Part shown: in pieces, positions 36,326 to 45,529 of the stretch
Position numbering within the stretch: position 1 is the stretch's first letter
How the letters are laid out: each line of letters begins with the position of its first letter
Assembly (NCBI GenBank): GCA_019323515.1
Contig: JAHWHG010000015.1
Location: 11,375 to 75,374 of the forward strand
Origin: Candidatus Woesearchaeota archaeon
GTDB lineage: Archaea; Nanobdellota; Nanobdellia; Woesearchaeales; JAHWHD01
Length of the DNA stretch: 64,000 nt
Direction of reading: 5' to 3'
Made by a program: the position numbers and the translations under genes
Notes under the pieces: model-generated
Seen by the model: only the letters and a program-made list of their open reading frames with translations
The model's database searches: none
Told to the model about the DNA's origin: nothing

Positions 36326-38173
36326 ATGAAAAAAGTACTTACTATGTGTCCATACTGCGGCGTAGGATGCTCATTTTATCTTAATGTTAAAAATGGAAAC
36401 GTGACTGGCGTCACACCATGGCCTAAAGATCCTGTTTCTGAAGGAAAGCCTTGTATAAAAGGAATGGGTTCATGGGAAACGGTTTATTCTCCTGACAGGA
36501 TCACAAAACCTATGATAAGGCTCGGAAAAAAACTTGTTCCAGTAAGCTACAAGCAAGCATATGAACATATCTATAACAACCTTAAAGATATCACCCCTGA
36601 CGAGATAGCTTTTTACGGCAGCTCACCCTGCACAAATGAAGACAACTACCTTCTTGCAAAGTTCGCCAACGATGTGTTCAAGTGCAGAAACTTAGACAGC
36701 TGCGCACGTCTCTGCCATGCAACAACCTGTTATGCATTCTACCAGGCATTCGGTATAACAGCAATGCCATCACGTATCGACGATTTCAAAAGAGCTGACT
36801 GTATACTTATAATGGGCTCAAACCCAGCTGCAACATATCCAGTTGCATTCCAGCAAAAAATCATGGCAGCAAAAAAGAAAGGCGCTAAATTGATCTGCGT
36901 CAAGGACTGGAAAGATGAGACAGCTCAACAGGCTGACCTGTATGTAGAAGTTAAAGCTGGAACAGAGATGGCATTCCTTAACGCTCTGATGTACGAACTT
37001 CACGAGATGAAAGCCATCAAGCTTCCAACAGGAATGCTTGAGAATGTTGAGAAGTACACACTTGACCATGTGAAGAACATCTGCACAATGTGCTACTGGA
37101 ATGAGAAAGATGTAAAAAAGGTTGCAAAACTTATCGCTAAGTCAAAGAAGTTTGCACTTGGCTTTGGAATGACACTAACCCAGCACACTTACGGAGTCTA
37201 TAATGTTCTCGCTGCAATCAACCTAGTGATTGCAAAGCACGGAAAAATAATCTCAATGCGAGGAAAAGCTAACATCCAGGGAGTAGGCGACATGGGCATG
37301 CTTCCAAAAAAAGGCGGTGACACAATCTCTGGCTCAATCTTCCTTAACCCTGTAAAGGCATTATGGATTATGGAGAGTAATCCTGCACAGTCAATGCCTG
37401 ACCTAAACCATGTACATAAGGTACTTAAGAAAACATTCTTAGTACTTCACACAACATATCCAAACGAAACAATGAAATTCGCTGACGTTGTTCTTCCAAG
37501 CTGTGCATGGGCAGAACGTTCAGGCAGCTTCACAAATGCTGAATCAAGAGTCCGTTATGTTGAGAAAGCAGTTGAACATATGGGCGACTCAAAGCCTAAC
37601 TGGGTTATGTTAAAAGAGATCGCTGCATACTTTGGCAAAAAATATAATTATAAGACGCACCTTGATGTGTTTAAGGAGATCACTCAAAAAGTACCAGGCT
37701 ATCAGTTTATGGATGCTGACAAACTTATCAAGCATAAAAGCCAATGGGTTCATCGTCCAGTTGAGTTCGAGCACTACCACCCTGTTGAGTTTGAGGAGGT
37801 TGAAGAACCAACATCAAAGAAATATCCGTTTATTCTTTCAACAAAACGTTGGAAATACATGTTCTGTACAGGTGAGATGAGCATAAGACAGAGCACTTTA
37901 AAAAAGCTCCAGCCAGAGTCACTCTGCTTAATAAGTGTTGAAGACGCTAAATCCTTAAAAATAAAGGACAATAACTTAGTAGAGATAAAAAGCAGGGCAG
38001 GCAGGATAAAAGTAAAGGCAAAGGTGACTGATGATGTCCCTAAAGGTCTTGTGCTTGTGCCGTTCCACTATGGCAAGGTCCTTGTCAACAAGCTTATCCC
38101 GCTTGAGTTCGGACCTATTGTAGAGGAACCAAACCTTAAGAGGATTGCTGTCAATATAAAGAAGGTAAAATGA
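36326..38173 (+). CDS. molybdopterin (bis-MGD) oxidoreductase, formate dehydrogenase alpha-like, Cys type
   Basis: N-terminal CPYCGVGC Fe-S motif, active-site-like SCARLCHATT, and a C-terminal beta-barrel (LVEIKSRAGRIKVKAKVTDDVPKGLVLVPFHYG). No Tat signal. Confidence 0.85.
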   Translation: MKKVLTMCPYCGVGCSFYLNVKNGNVTGVTPWPKDPVSEGKPCIKGMGSWETVYSPDRITKPMIRLGKKLVPVSYKQAYEHIYNNLKDITPDEIAFYGSSPCTNEDNYLLAKFANDVFKCRNLDSCARLCHATTCYAFYQAFGITAMPSRIDDFKRADCILIMGSNPAATYPVAFQQKIMAAKKKGAKLICVKDWKDETAQQADLYVEVKAGTEMAFLNALMYELHEMKAIKLPTGMLENVEKYTLDHVKNICTMCYWNEKDVKKVAKLIAKSKKFALGFGMTLTQHTYGVYNVLAAINLVIAKHGKIISMRGKANIQGVGDMGMLPKKGGDTISGSIFLNPVKALWIMESNPAQSMPDLNHVHKVLKKTFLVLHTTYPNETMKFADVVLPSCAWAERSGSFTNAESRVRYVEKAVEHMGDSKPNWVMLKEIAAYFGKKYNYKTHLDVFKEITQKVPGYQFMDADKLIKHKSQWVHRPVEFEHYHPVEFEEVEEPTSKKYPFILSTKRWKYMFCTGEMSIRQSTLKKLQPESLCLISVEDAKSLKIKDNNLVEIKSRAGRIKVKAKVTDDVPKGLVLVPFHYGKVLVNKLIPLEFGPIVEEPNLKRIAVNIKKVK

Positions 38174-38466
38174 CAAACATGAAGAGAACATGGCTGCTTA
38201 CTTACCTAGTTGCCACCTTCTCTGCATCAGTTGCATACTTTGTTCAGAAAAACGGTGAAAAGGTTGCTAACCAATGTTCTTATCTTGACCCGATAACAAT
38301 TGACATCTTTGCATTCTCAGCAGCTGTTTTCCTTATAATTGAAGGTGTATGGCGGATTGTAGAGCATCGCGGCCAGCCGTTAAGAAAACAGTTCACAAGA
38401 ACATTAAGGGTTGGCTTTGGTTTCGCTATTGCAACAATCCACATACTTCAGTTCATCCATAAATAA
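38170..38466 (+). CDS. small membrane protein (3 TM)
   Basis: ATGA overlap with the Fdh-like gene. Hydrophobic profile. Confidence 0.5.
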   Translation: MTNMKRTWLLTYLVATFSASVAYFVQKNGEKVANQCSYLDPITIDIFAFSAAVFLIIEGVWRIVEHRGQPLRKQFTRTLRVGFGFAIATIHILQFIHK

Positions 38467-38499
38467 TTAGTTTAATATTAATCAATAAACATTAAAAAG

Positions 38500-38667
38500 A
38501 TGGGAGCACGCGGTATACTTCGGGATATCCTTGTAATAATATTGTTCTATCTTATAATAAAGGCATGGATATTCAAAGAAGGCATTACTTCTACTATTGG
38601 ACTTACTACTCTTTTATTGTTTGCACTTTCTGTATGGTTTCTTGTTGAAAGGATTGGGATGGTATGA
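38500..38667 (+). CDS. possible 55-aa membrane protein
   Basis: MGARGILRDILVIILFYLIIKAWIFKEGITSTIGLTTLLLFALSVWFLVERIGMV has two hydrophobic segments. Not in the track. Confidence 0.3.
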   Translation: MGARGILRDILVIILFYLIIKAWIFKEGITSTIGLTTLLLFALSVWFLVERIGMV

Positions 38668-38670
38668 TTT

Positions 38671-39231
38671 TTATCTTATTATGTAAGTCTCCCCACCCAA
38701 CAATCTCATCCCAAACTTATCCACAGTAAAATGCTCTGAAAAATTAGAATTATCAACTAACATCTTTAGCTCATTAGCTTTAGACTCTAGCCCAGTACCA
38801 AGTGTTATATGCGGGGTATAATTATTTCCTTCTGCCAGTGTAAAAGTATCAACCTTATCACTAAGAAAATCCCTTAAAACCCCATGGAATTCTTTCAACC
38901 TGCTACTAAGCTTAACAGCAATATACACAACCGGTTTTGTTGGCCACTCTTCAGTATCCCAGAACCCACCTAAACCTTTAATGTCAATATCCATTGGTAA
39001 ATATACGTCAACAATCTTTTTTATGCCAGGAACAAGAGCTTTAATATAATCAACATTATAATCCTGCTCATAAGCCATATACTTTAAACCTATATGGATT
39101 CTTTCAACATCAACCTTCTTTTCAAGATATGGCATTAATCTCTTCTGCTCTCTTAGGAAGATATTTGAAATCTCAGGGCATAGAATCTTCAAGGTATAGC
39201 ACTTTCCATTTACATATCTATGTAGAGCCAT
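38671..39231 (-). CDS. possible 2H phosphoesterase / LigT-like protein
   Basis: The C-terminal motif PHITLGTG is typical. The first motif is degenerate (HIGL), so the assignment is tentative. Confidence 0.4.
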   Translation of the reverse strand: MALHRYVNGKCYTLKILCPEISNIFLREQKRLMPYLEKKVDVERIHIGLKYMAYEQDYNVDYIKALVPGIKKIVDVYLPMDIDIKGLGGFWDTEEWPTKPVVYIAVKLSSRLKEFHGVLRDFLSDKVDTFTLAEGNNYTPHITLGTGLESKANELKMLVDNSNFSEHFTVDKFGMRLLGGETYIIR

Positions 39232-39332
39232 AAATGCTCAAGAATAGGATAAGAAATAAATAGTTTTCTATTAAAATAAAAAAGGGATAACACGATATAA
39301 ATCTTTAAATAGAATCCTCAACTAATAGCATT

Positions 39333-39869
39333 ATGGGGAACAAACTACCAGCTTTAGTACATTCAAAAGAGACTTTTTCTTTAGAGGAGGTTCTTGATAC
39401 ATTTATAGATGATTCTCATAACAACAACTTTGTTGACAGGTTTACTAACTGGATATATTCACAATACCAATTCTATAAATCAAGATACTATGGTCAATGT
39501 CTCGGAGTCAATAAAAAGAATGAAATTGAATGGTACATGCTAAGGCCTTATGGCGAAAGGTTCAGATGGGAATTATATAAAAAACCTGAAGCAGCTATTC
39601 TAGAGACAATAGACATAGAGCAAGAACAGGCGATTCAAATAAAAGAAGATATTTTAGATGCATGGGAAAAACAAGGGGTTATATCAAGACATACCTGGAT
39701 TGACATGGTCAAAACTGCGCTGCTGTTTAGAAAAATGCAAAAAACAGGGATACCCTATGAACAAATCTTTGGCATTAGCGCAGAGATTCATCGATATATC
39801 AGGCTTACAAAAAAAGGACCAGACCTATACCAGTGGCAATTCTATGAAGAATTCATTGACTGGGGTTAA
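39333..39869 (+). CDS. hypothetical protein (178 aa)
   Basis: Clean ORF with no family recognised. Confidence 0.5.
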   Translation: MGNKLPALVHSKETFSLEEVLDTFIDDSHNNNFVDRFTNWIYSQYQFYKSRYYGQCLGVNKKNEIEWYMLRPYGERFRWELYKKPEAAILETIDIEQEQAIQIKEDILDAWEKQGVISRHTWIDMVKTALLFRKMQKTGIPYEQIFGISAEIHRYIRLTKKGPDLYQWQFYEEFIDWG

Positions 39870-39962
39870 CTTCAACCCATTTCGAAGCCTAGTTCTGAGT
39901 ATATAAAGTTTCTGTACCTATGTATTACTATGACAAGTAAAAAACTTGGAGGTAATACAAAA

Positions 39963-41870
39963 ATGAACAAGATAATGGCAATAATGATGATGCTATTGGT
40001 ACTGGCATCAACACTTACTGGCTGTGACACGACAATTAATGGAGATGGCACAGACACTGATAATGATCCAGTAATAAAAGTACCTATGAAGTTCAGCGAA
40101 CTTCAACGTTTCAAGTCAGAGGCTGAACTTGTGAAAGCTTTTGAAGATGCAAAGAGCTCAAGATACAATTATGGAATTTTAGAGTCATTCGGAGCAGTCA
40201 AAGCAACTGCAAACATAGAAACTGCAATGCAGGCAGCACCTGCTGACACTGCAACAGACGACTTCTCAACAACAAACATTCAAGTGCAAGGAGTTGACGA
40301 AGCAGACATTGTAAAGACAGATGGAAAATACATCTACTTAATCGCAAACAATAACTTAGTTATTGTTGAAGCAGGCGAAAATGCAGAGCTACTTAGCAAA
40401 ACTGCTGTTGGCAGTGCAAGCGAACTCTTCATCGACAATGACCGCGTTCTAGTCTTCACATCAGGTTATGAAAAGACTACACCAACACTTGGAGAGGTCA
40501 TAAGAGACTACTATCCATCAGCACAACTCACAACTGCAAAACTTTACGACACAAGCAATAAAGAAGCTCCAAAACTTCTAAGGACTGTTGACATTGAAGG
40601 CAACTATTTAACTTCAAGGAAGATTGAAGACGATGTTTATTTTGTAGTAAACTCATACCCGCGCTGGGACAATGACATAATCCCGCTTTACAGGGACTCT
40701 GAAGTATCAAAAGACCTTGAACCGATTGCAGAACCTTATGAGATTGGCTATATTGAACCAGTAGAAGCAAGGAACTTCATAACAATAGCATCACTCTCAA
40801 TGCAGGACACAGAAAAGGAAGTTCAAAAGGAGACAATTGCAGGCTCTGGCCAGAATGTGTTTGCATCACTGGAAAACATGTACATTGCACAGACTGACAA
40901 TAACTGGAACAATATTGGAGAGGTTGTTCAAGGAAACAAAGAATCAACAGTTGTAACAAAGTTCCACCTTGACAAGGGAGATATCAAATACGTAACATCA
41001 AATGATGTTCCTGGACGCATTTTAAACCAGTTTTCAATGGATGAATACCAAGGCAACTTCAGGATCGCAACAACCGCTGGAAACGTATGGGACCATGAAC
41101 AACTCTCATCAAACAATGTTTATGTTCTAGACCCTAACCTCAAGGTAGTTGGAGAGCTTGAGGATCTTGCACCAGGTGAAAGAATCTACTCAGTGCGTTT
41201 TATGGGCAAAAGAGGTTATGTAGTTACTTTCAAAAAGGTTGACCCTCTTTTTGTGATTGACCTTGAAGACCCTGATTCCCCTAAAGTGTTAGGAAAACTA
41301 AAGATCCCTGGCTACTCTGACTACCTTCACCCCTATGACGAAACACACATTATAGGGATAGGCAAGGACACAGTAGAGGCGTCTGAAGACGAAAAAACTG
41401 GAAGAAACCTGGACTTTGCATGGTACCAAGGAATAAAGATGGCAATCTTTGACGTGAGTGATGTAGAGAACCCAATCGAACTACACAAGGTTGTTATCGG
41501 AGATAGAGGTACAGACTCAGAAGCGCTTCACAACCACAAAGCCTTCCTGTTCGACCGCGAGAAAGAACTGTTAGTGCTTCCGATTACACTTGCAGAGATA
41601 CAAGGTGAAAAGACAAGACTTAACCAGTACGGAGAATACACATTCCAGGGAGCTTATGTGTACAGGGTTAACCTTGAAGACGGATTTGAGTTAAGAGGAA
41701 GAATCTCACACACTGATGAACAGGAGATTTTGAAAAGCGGCTATTACATCAGAGGAAACCCAATCAGAAGAAGCCTTTACATCAACGACATCCTCTACAC
41801 ACTCTCAAACAGTAAACTGCAGCTTAACGACCTGTTTACATTGGAGAAACTAAAGTCACTGGTGATTTAA
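39963..41870 (+). CDS. secreted beta-propeller-domain protein (Beta_propel family) with a lipobox signal peptide
   Basis: VQGVDEADIVKTDGKYIY and RFMGKRGYVVTFKKVDPLFVIDLEDPDSPKVLGKLKIPGYSDYLHPYDE are the family hallmarks. Signal peptide MNKIMAIMMMLLVLASTLTG|C. GGAGGT lies 8 nt before the ATG at 39963. Confidence 0.8.
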   Translation: MNKIMAIMMMLLVLASTLTGCDTTINGDGTDTDNDPVIKVPMKFSELQRFKSEAELVKAFEDAKSSRYNYGILESFGAVKATANIETAMQAAPADTATDDFSTTNIQVQGVDEADIVKTDGKYIYLIANNNLVIVEAGENAELLSKTAVGSASELFIDNDRVLVFTSGYEKTTPTLGEVIRDYYPSAQLTTAKLYDTSNKEAPKLLRTVDIEGNYLTSRKIEDDVYFVVNSYPRWDNDIIPLYRDSEVSKDLEPIAEPYEIGYIEPVEARNFITIASLSMQDTEKEVQKETIAGSGQNVFASLENMYIAQTDNNWNNIGEVVQGNKESTVVTKFHLDKGDIKYVTSNDVPGRILNQFSMDEYQGNFRIATTAGNVWDHEQLSSNNVYVLDPNLKVVGELEDLAPGERIYSVRFMGKRGYVVTFKKVDPLFVIDLEDPDSPKVLGKLKIPGYSDYLHPYDETHIIGIGKDTVEASEDEKTGRNLDFAWYQGIKMAIFDVSDVENPIELHKVVIGDRGTDSEALHNHKAFLFDREKELLVLPITLAEIQGEKTRLNQYGEYTFQGAYVYRVNLEDGFELRGRISHTDEQEILKSGYYIRGNPIRRSLYINDILYTLSNSKLQLNDLFTLEKLKSLVI

Positions 41871-41872
41871 CC

Positions 41873-41879
41873 TTTTTTT
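41873..41879. terminator. oligo-T/oligo-A region between convergent genes
   Basis: T7 directly after the stop at 41870, with more T-runs to 41900. Confidence 0.35.
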
Positions 41880-41911
41880 ATTTTATCTTTTAATTTTTTT
41901 AAGAATTCAAA

Positions 41912-42733
41912 TTACTTTAATTTCTTAATCTCAGCAATCCTCTTATTTGCATCAACTGAACTGGAAAACATCTTCCAGAATATTCTTGACATCCACTCTG
42001 CCCAATCCCTGTCAGTTATCCTGTAAAAGATTGATATCTTATCCTGCAACTCATTTATCTTACCAGTAGGTTCCTTTATTTCCTTGATTGTAAAGACCTT
42101 ATTATCAGCAAGCACACTTCTTAATGGATGCCTTCCATGCCTAACCTCGATCAACTCAGTGCCATACTTAAAATTCAAGGAAAGTATCTTCTCAACATTC
42201 TCTTTTCCAGGCAGATCAACCCTTGTAAGCACCTTCACACTAACCCCTCTTTTTACAAGATCATCAACAATCTTAAACAAGTCAACATTCTTATGCTTAA
42301 GGTTCACAAACGAAAGGTTTCCAGAGAATATAAGCACCTGCCTCTTAGCACTCGCAAGAACCTCTGCAAACTCATTTACCTCAGCCGCTTTCTCCATTGT
42401 AGCCTGCTTCTTAGTATCAGCGACATGCTGAAATATGTCAAATGCAGAAAAATCCTCTTTTCTTCTTGCTGCAAATATCTGCTGCTCAAGAATCTGCTGG
42501 AATACAGTATTACTCACCTTATTTACATTCTTTGAATAGACTATCTTAAGCGCTCCTCTTGAACCCTCCCTGAATGTACGCACTGCAATTGTTCCAAACT
42601 CTTTAGCAATAGTATCTACATACCTGTCAGCTGTCCTCCAGCTTTTCTTTATATGCTTAGAAATCTCCTGTATTGTACACGGCTTTGTATAGACAAATTC
42701 CTCAATCCTTCTGATAACATTATTGTCCAACAT
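41912..42733 (-). CDS. winged-helix transcriptional regulator with a TrmB-like C-terminal domain
   Basis: N-terminus IRRIEEFVYTKPCTIQEISKHIKKSWRTADRYVDTIAKE is wHTH-like. The C-terminus resembles the inactive PLD-like sensor domain of TrmB-type regulators (tentative). Confidence 0.6.
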   Translation of the reverse strand: MLDNNVIRRIEEFVYTKPCTIQEISKHIKKSWRTADRYVDTIAKEFGTIAVRTFREGSRGALKIVYSKNVNKVSNTVFQQILEQQIFAARRKEDFSAFDIFQHVADTKKQATMEKAAEVNEFAEVLASAKRQVLIFSGNLSFVNLKHKNVDLFKIVDDLVKRGVSVKVLTRVDLPGKENVEKILSLNFKYGTELIEVRHGRHPLRSVLADNKVFTIKEIKEPTGKINELQDKISIFYRITDRDWAEWMSRIFWKMFSSSVDANKRIAEIKKLK

Positions 42734-42763
42734 AAGGAATCATTAAGTAATCCTATATTTAAG

Positions 42764-42808
42764 CTTTGCTGTGATGTACAACACTGTTGACAAAAAATGA
42801 CAGCAAAG
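42764..42808. promoter_or_regulatory. nested inverted repeat (candidate operator) in a divergent promoter region
   Basis: CTTTGCTGT (42764-42772) pairs with ACAGCAAAG (42800-42808) and encloses CAACA-C-TGTTG (42779-42789). The TATA-like TCCTATATTTAAG lies at 42751-42763. Confidence 0.35.
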
Positions 42809-42870
42809 GATTATACTGTTTACAACTGTGTTCTACTTAAAAGAAGAACAAATCTTCGGAGGTGAACAAA

Positions 42871-43833
42871 ATGGGCGGATGTTATACCAGCTACAGCGCT
42901 CCAAGAAAAGTAGCTAAACCAAAACCAAAGTACCAGAACTTGTTGAATAAGTTCAAGAAGACAAAGAGCATCGAGCACCTTATAAACGCACACAAGGAAT
43001 ATGTCTCAGAAAAAGGCGCCGGCTTTTTCAGAGAACTGGCAAAACTAAGAGGCATTGACAACGACATACCAAAAGAGTTCCCTGAGATAGAGTATGAAGT
43101 AAAGTTTGATATCCAGCTGATTGAGGGCAGCGGGAAAGAGCCAGAGATTGCTGACTACCTGAACACATTTGATTTCCCTGCGACAAAGGCAGCAAGGTTC
43201 ATAAAAGATCCTGTAAGCAACATTGCAACAGGTACAAACAGCTTTATTGGCAGGGGTTTAGAAGAACGCTTGGTTGTTATTGAGAAATGCGGAGGACTCT
43301 ACCTTAAGGAAAAAGGAAGCATACTCCCAGTTGATGTAGGTGTAGATTACCAGGATATAATTGTGAAAAGGACTGAGGTCAGATATCCTGTCTCAGCACA
43401 GGAGATGATTGAAAAATCAAGTGACATACTTAAAGAATCAGGGGTTGAACTCAAAGGCAGGATAAGAAAAGAGAAAGGAGACGACTTTATACTTGACACA
43501 AACGACGGCAGGCTTTATTCGTTCACCATAAACAGGAGCCACCTTACAAAAGCTGGCCAGAAAAAAGAGACAGCTATCCAGAGACAGCTTGAGCTTGAGT
43601 ATGCAGGATTCATTCCAGGATTTTCAGGGTTTAAGAAGAACTCAGAGAAACAGATTGTCCAGGGCATGGTCGACCTTGCTAGATTTGTATACAACCTCTA
43701 CAACAATGCACCAATCAAAAGAAACTGGAGGATGCAACTCAGGGTGACAAACGAGAGAAAGTACGACTTTGTTGCAGGAAACAACGTGCAAGAACCAGAA
43801 AAGCTTGAGCAAGTGCTATTGCTCCCTGCATAA
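42871..43833 (+). CDS. hypothetical protein with a CYTH/triphosphate-tunnel-like (TTM) strand pattern
   Basis: GGAGGTG lies 6 nt before the ATG at 42871. EIEYEVKF (ExExK), LYLKEKG, IIVKRTEVRY, GRIRKEKGDDFILD and IQRQLELEY show the alternating charged residues expected of tunnel strands. The CDS call is solid; the function is speculative. Confidence 0.55.
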   Translation: MGGCYTSYSAPRKVAKPKPKYQNLLNKFKKTKSIEHLINAHKEYVSEKGAGFFRELAKLRGIDNDIPKEFPEIEYEVKFDIQLIEGSGKEPEIADYLNTFDFPATKAARFIKDPVSNIATGTNSFIGRGLEERLVVIEKCGGLYLKEKGSILPVDVGVDYQDIIVKRTEVRYPVSAQEMIEKSSDILKESGVELKGRIRKEKGDDFILDTNDGRLYSFTINRSHLTKAGQKKETAIQRQLELEYAGFIPGFSGFKKNSEKQIVQGMVDLARFVYNLYNNAPIKRNWRMQLRVTNERKYDFVAGNNVQEPEKLEQVLLLPA

Positions 43834-43834
43834 A

Positions 43835-44455
43835 ATGCAACCAAACCTTTTTTATTTAGGCGGTCCGCACGGCGCTGGAAAGACAACACTATCTGAGCTT
43901 TTGGCAAAAGAGAATCCAAGGATAATGCTTCCAGAGCTGTACTCGCGGAACATCAAGTTCCACACTGATCCCTATTATAGACAGGTGTTAAAGGTATGCA
44001 ACAGGGCTATTGAAAATTTTGAATATCTTAAGATCGCAAAGGATAACCCTGACAAGATTGTGATAGGCAACCGTTCAATCTATGACGTCCTTGCATACAA
44101 CTGGGTCTACTATGCACGCGGCTGGATTTCAAAACAAACATGGCAGCAGTATGACGAGCATGCAAAAGACTTTTTTCGGAATGAGAACTCTGAACCAAAC
44201 GCAATAATTGTAAACCCTGACCTTGACATTGTGCTAAAACACCTTGGCATGCGATGGGAGAAGAAAGGAAAAAAATGGAGAGAAGACGATACTGAATACG
44301 CAAGGTTGGCATGTGAAGCTTACAAAAGACTGCAAGGAAAACCAAACATCTACTACATTGACAAGGAGATTAATTTCAGCAAGAGCGTGCTTGACTCAGT
44401 AAACTCATGGCTGCTCTCATTATCAGAACCAAAAAAGATATACTGCTATGCCTAA
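43835..44455 (+). CDS. P-loop kinase, deoxynucleoside/nucleotide kinase-like
   Basis: Walker A GGPHGAGKTT, ERS-like GNRSIYDVLAY, and a basic lid LKHLGMRWEKKGKKWRED. ATG lies 1 nt after the upstream stop; the track start at 43769 is an in-frame overextension. Confidence 0.7.
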   Translation: MQPNLFYLGGPHGAGKTTLSELLAKENPRIMLPELYSRNIKFHTDPYYRQVLKVCNRAIENFEYLKIAKDNPDKIVIGNRSIYDVLAYNWVYYARGWISKQTWQQYDEHAKDFFRNENSEPNAIIVNPDLDIVLKHLGMRWEKKGKKWREDDTEYARLACEAYKRLQGKPNIYYIDKEINFSKSVLDSVNSWLLSLSEPKKIYCYA

Positions 44456-44503
44456 ACTCAGGAATAGAAATACATTTAAACCAACCCAAAAACCAAGCAA
44501 CTA

Positions 44504-45511
44504 ATGATTACAAAAAAGATACTTGAGGAATGTTTAGATGATTTTTGGGTTCTTAAATGGAAAGGCCACAGGGAACTTGACCAAGACAGAGACTATAAGT
44601 CATACAACTTCCCAAATGAACTTGTCTATCGCTTAAGCCCTTTCAGTTTCAGGAACAATATCGCAAAAGTGACTGGAGAACCTGGAAGCGTATGCCTTAA
44701 CATAAAGGACGGACACCTGCAGTGCAGGAGCTACAGCGATGAACTTGTAATGCCGTTGTACGATTTGGTAAAACAATACCTTGACAGGCCAAGAGACGAA
44801 GAACTAAAGGAACTTGCATCTCCTGAGGAGTTTCCAGAGATTTTTTATCCAGGCTACCTTCACGACGGCACGGTCACAAGGAAATGGGGCAAGGAAAAAG
44901 TAGAACTCTTTCATAATGGCAATCCAGAAAAAGCTTTCTTAGCATACGCAACTCTGCGTAGAGAAGAACAGATTTATTCTTCAGCATTGTTCGAGCCGAT
45001 GCCCCATATAATAACTGAGATAGAGAATCTTATGCCAGGCTTTATTGGATACGCATTGACTTCAGGCTCACATTCAAGGAACTGGGGCGGTGCAGCTGGA
45101 AACTTAATGTCATGGATTGACTCAGATGTAGACATCGACCTGATAGTTGACGCAGAACGCAGCCAGGAATACTATGAAATCCTAAAATATCTTTGCAGGA
45201 ACATGCACGGTGACCACCTTCACGCATGGGGCCAGACAAAATCACACCAGCTTTTCATTATTGACAGAAAGATTCCTGATATTGAACTTCCATTCACTGG
45301 CCAGCTTATCAACCATCCAGTCAAGTACTATATTTTTTTCACAACAATTGAACAGTTCTTTAAGAAAGAGACAGATTACATGGCATTCCTTATGGCAAAC
45401 GGAACACTTCTCGCAGAAAAGGACTCAGGCACATACAACAGCTTCCACAAAAAAGGCCTTCAACTATATCCTTTTGGCGACCCTAAGGATTATGTAGATA
45501 TAAGACCTTAA
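44504..45511 (+). CDS. hypothetical protein with a Pol-beta-type nucleotidyltransferase motif
   Basis: GSHSRN-(17 aa)-SDVDIDLIV followed by LFIIDRK (third acidic residue). TATA-like TACATTTAAACC lies about 27 nt upstream of the ATG. Confidence 0.55.
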   Translation: MITKKILEECLDDFWVLKWKGHRELDQDRDYKSYNFPNELVYRLSPFSFRNNIAKVTGEPGSVCLNIKDGHLQCRSYSDELVMPLYDLVKQYLDRPRDEELKELASPEEFPEIFYPGYLHDGTVTRKWGKEKVELFHNGNPEKAFLAYATLRREEQIYSSALFEPMPHIITEIENLMPGFIGYALTSGSHSRNWGGAAGNLMSWIDSDVDIDLIVDAERSQEYYEILKYLCRNMHGDHLHAWGQTKSHQLFIIDRKIPDIELPFTGQLINHPVKYYIFFTTIEQFFKKETDYMAFLMANGTLLAEKDSGTYNSFHKKGLQLYPFGDPKDYVDIRP

Positions 45512-45529
45512 TTAAAGTAAAAAAACTTT

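Noticed and set aside
43769-43834. Upstream extension of the P-loop kinase ORF
   Set aside because: It overlaps the 3' end of the preceding gene. The ATG at 43835 places Walker A at the usual distance of about 10 residues from the N-terminus.
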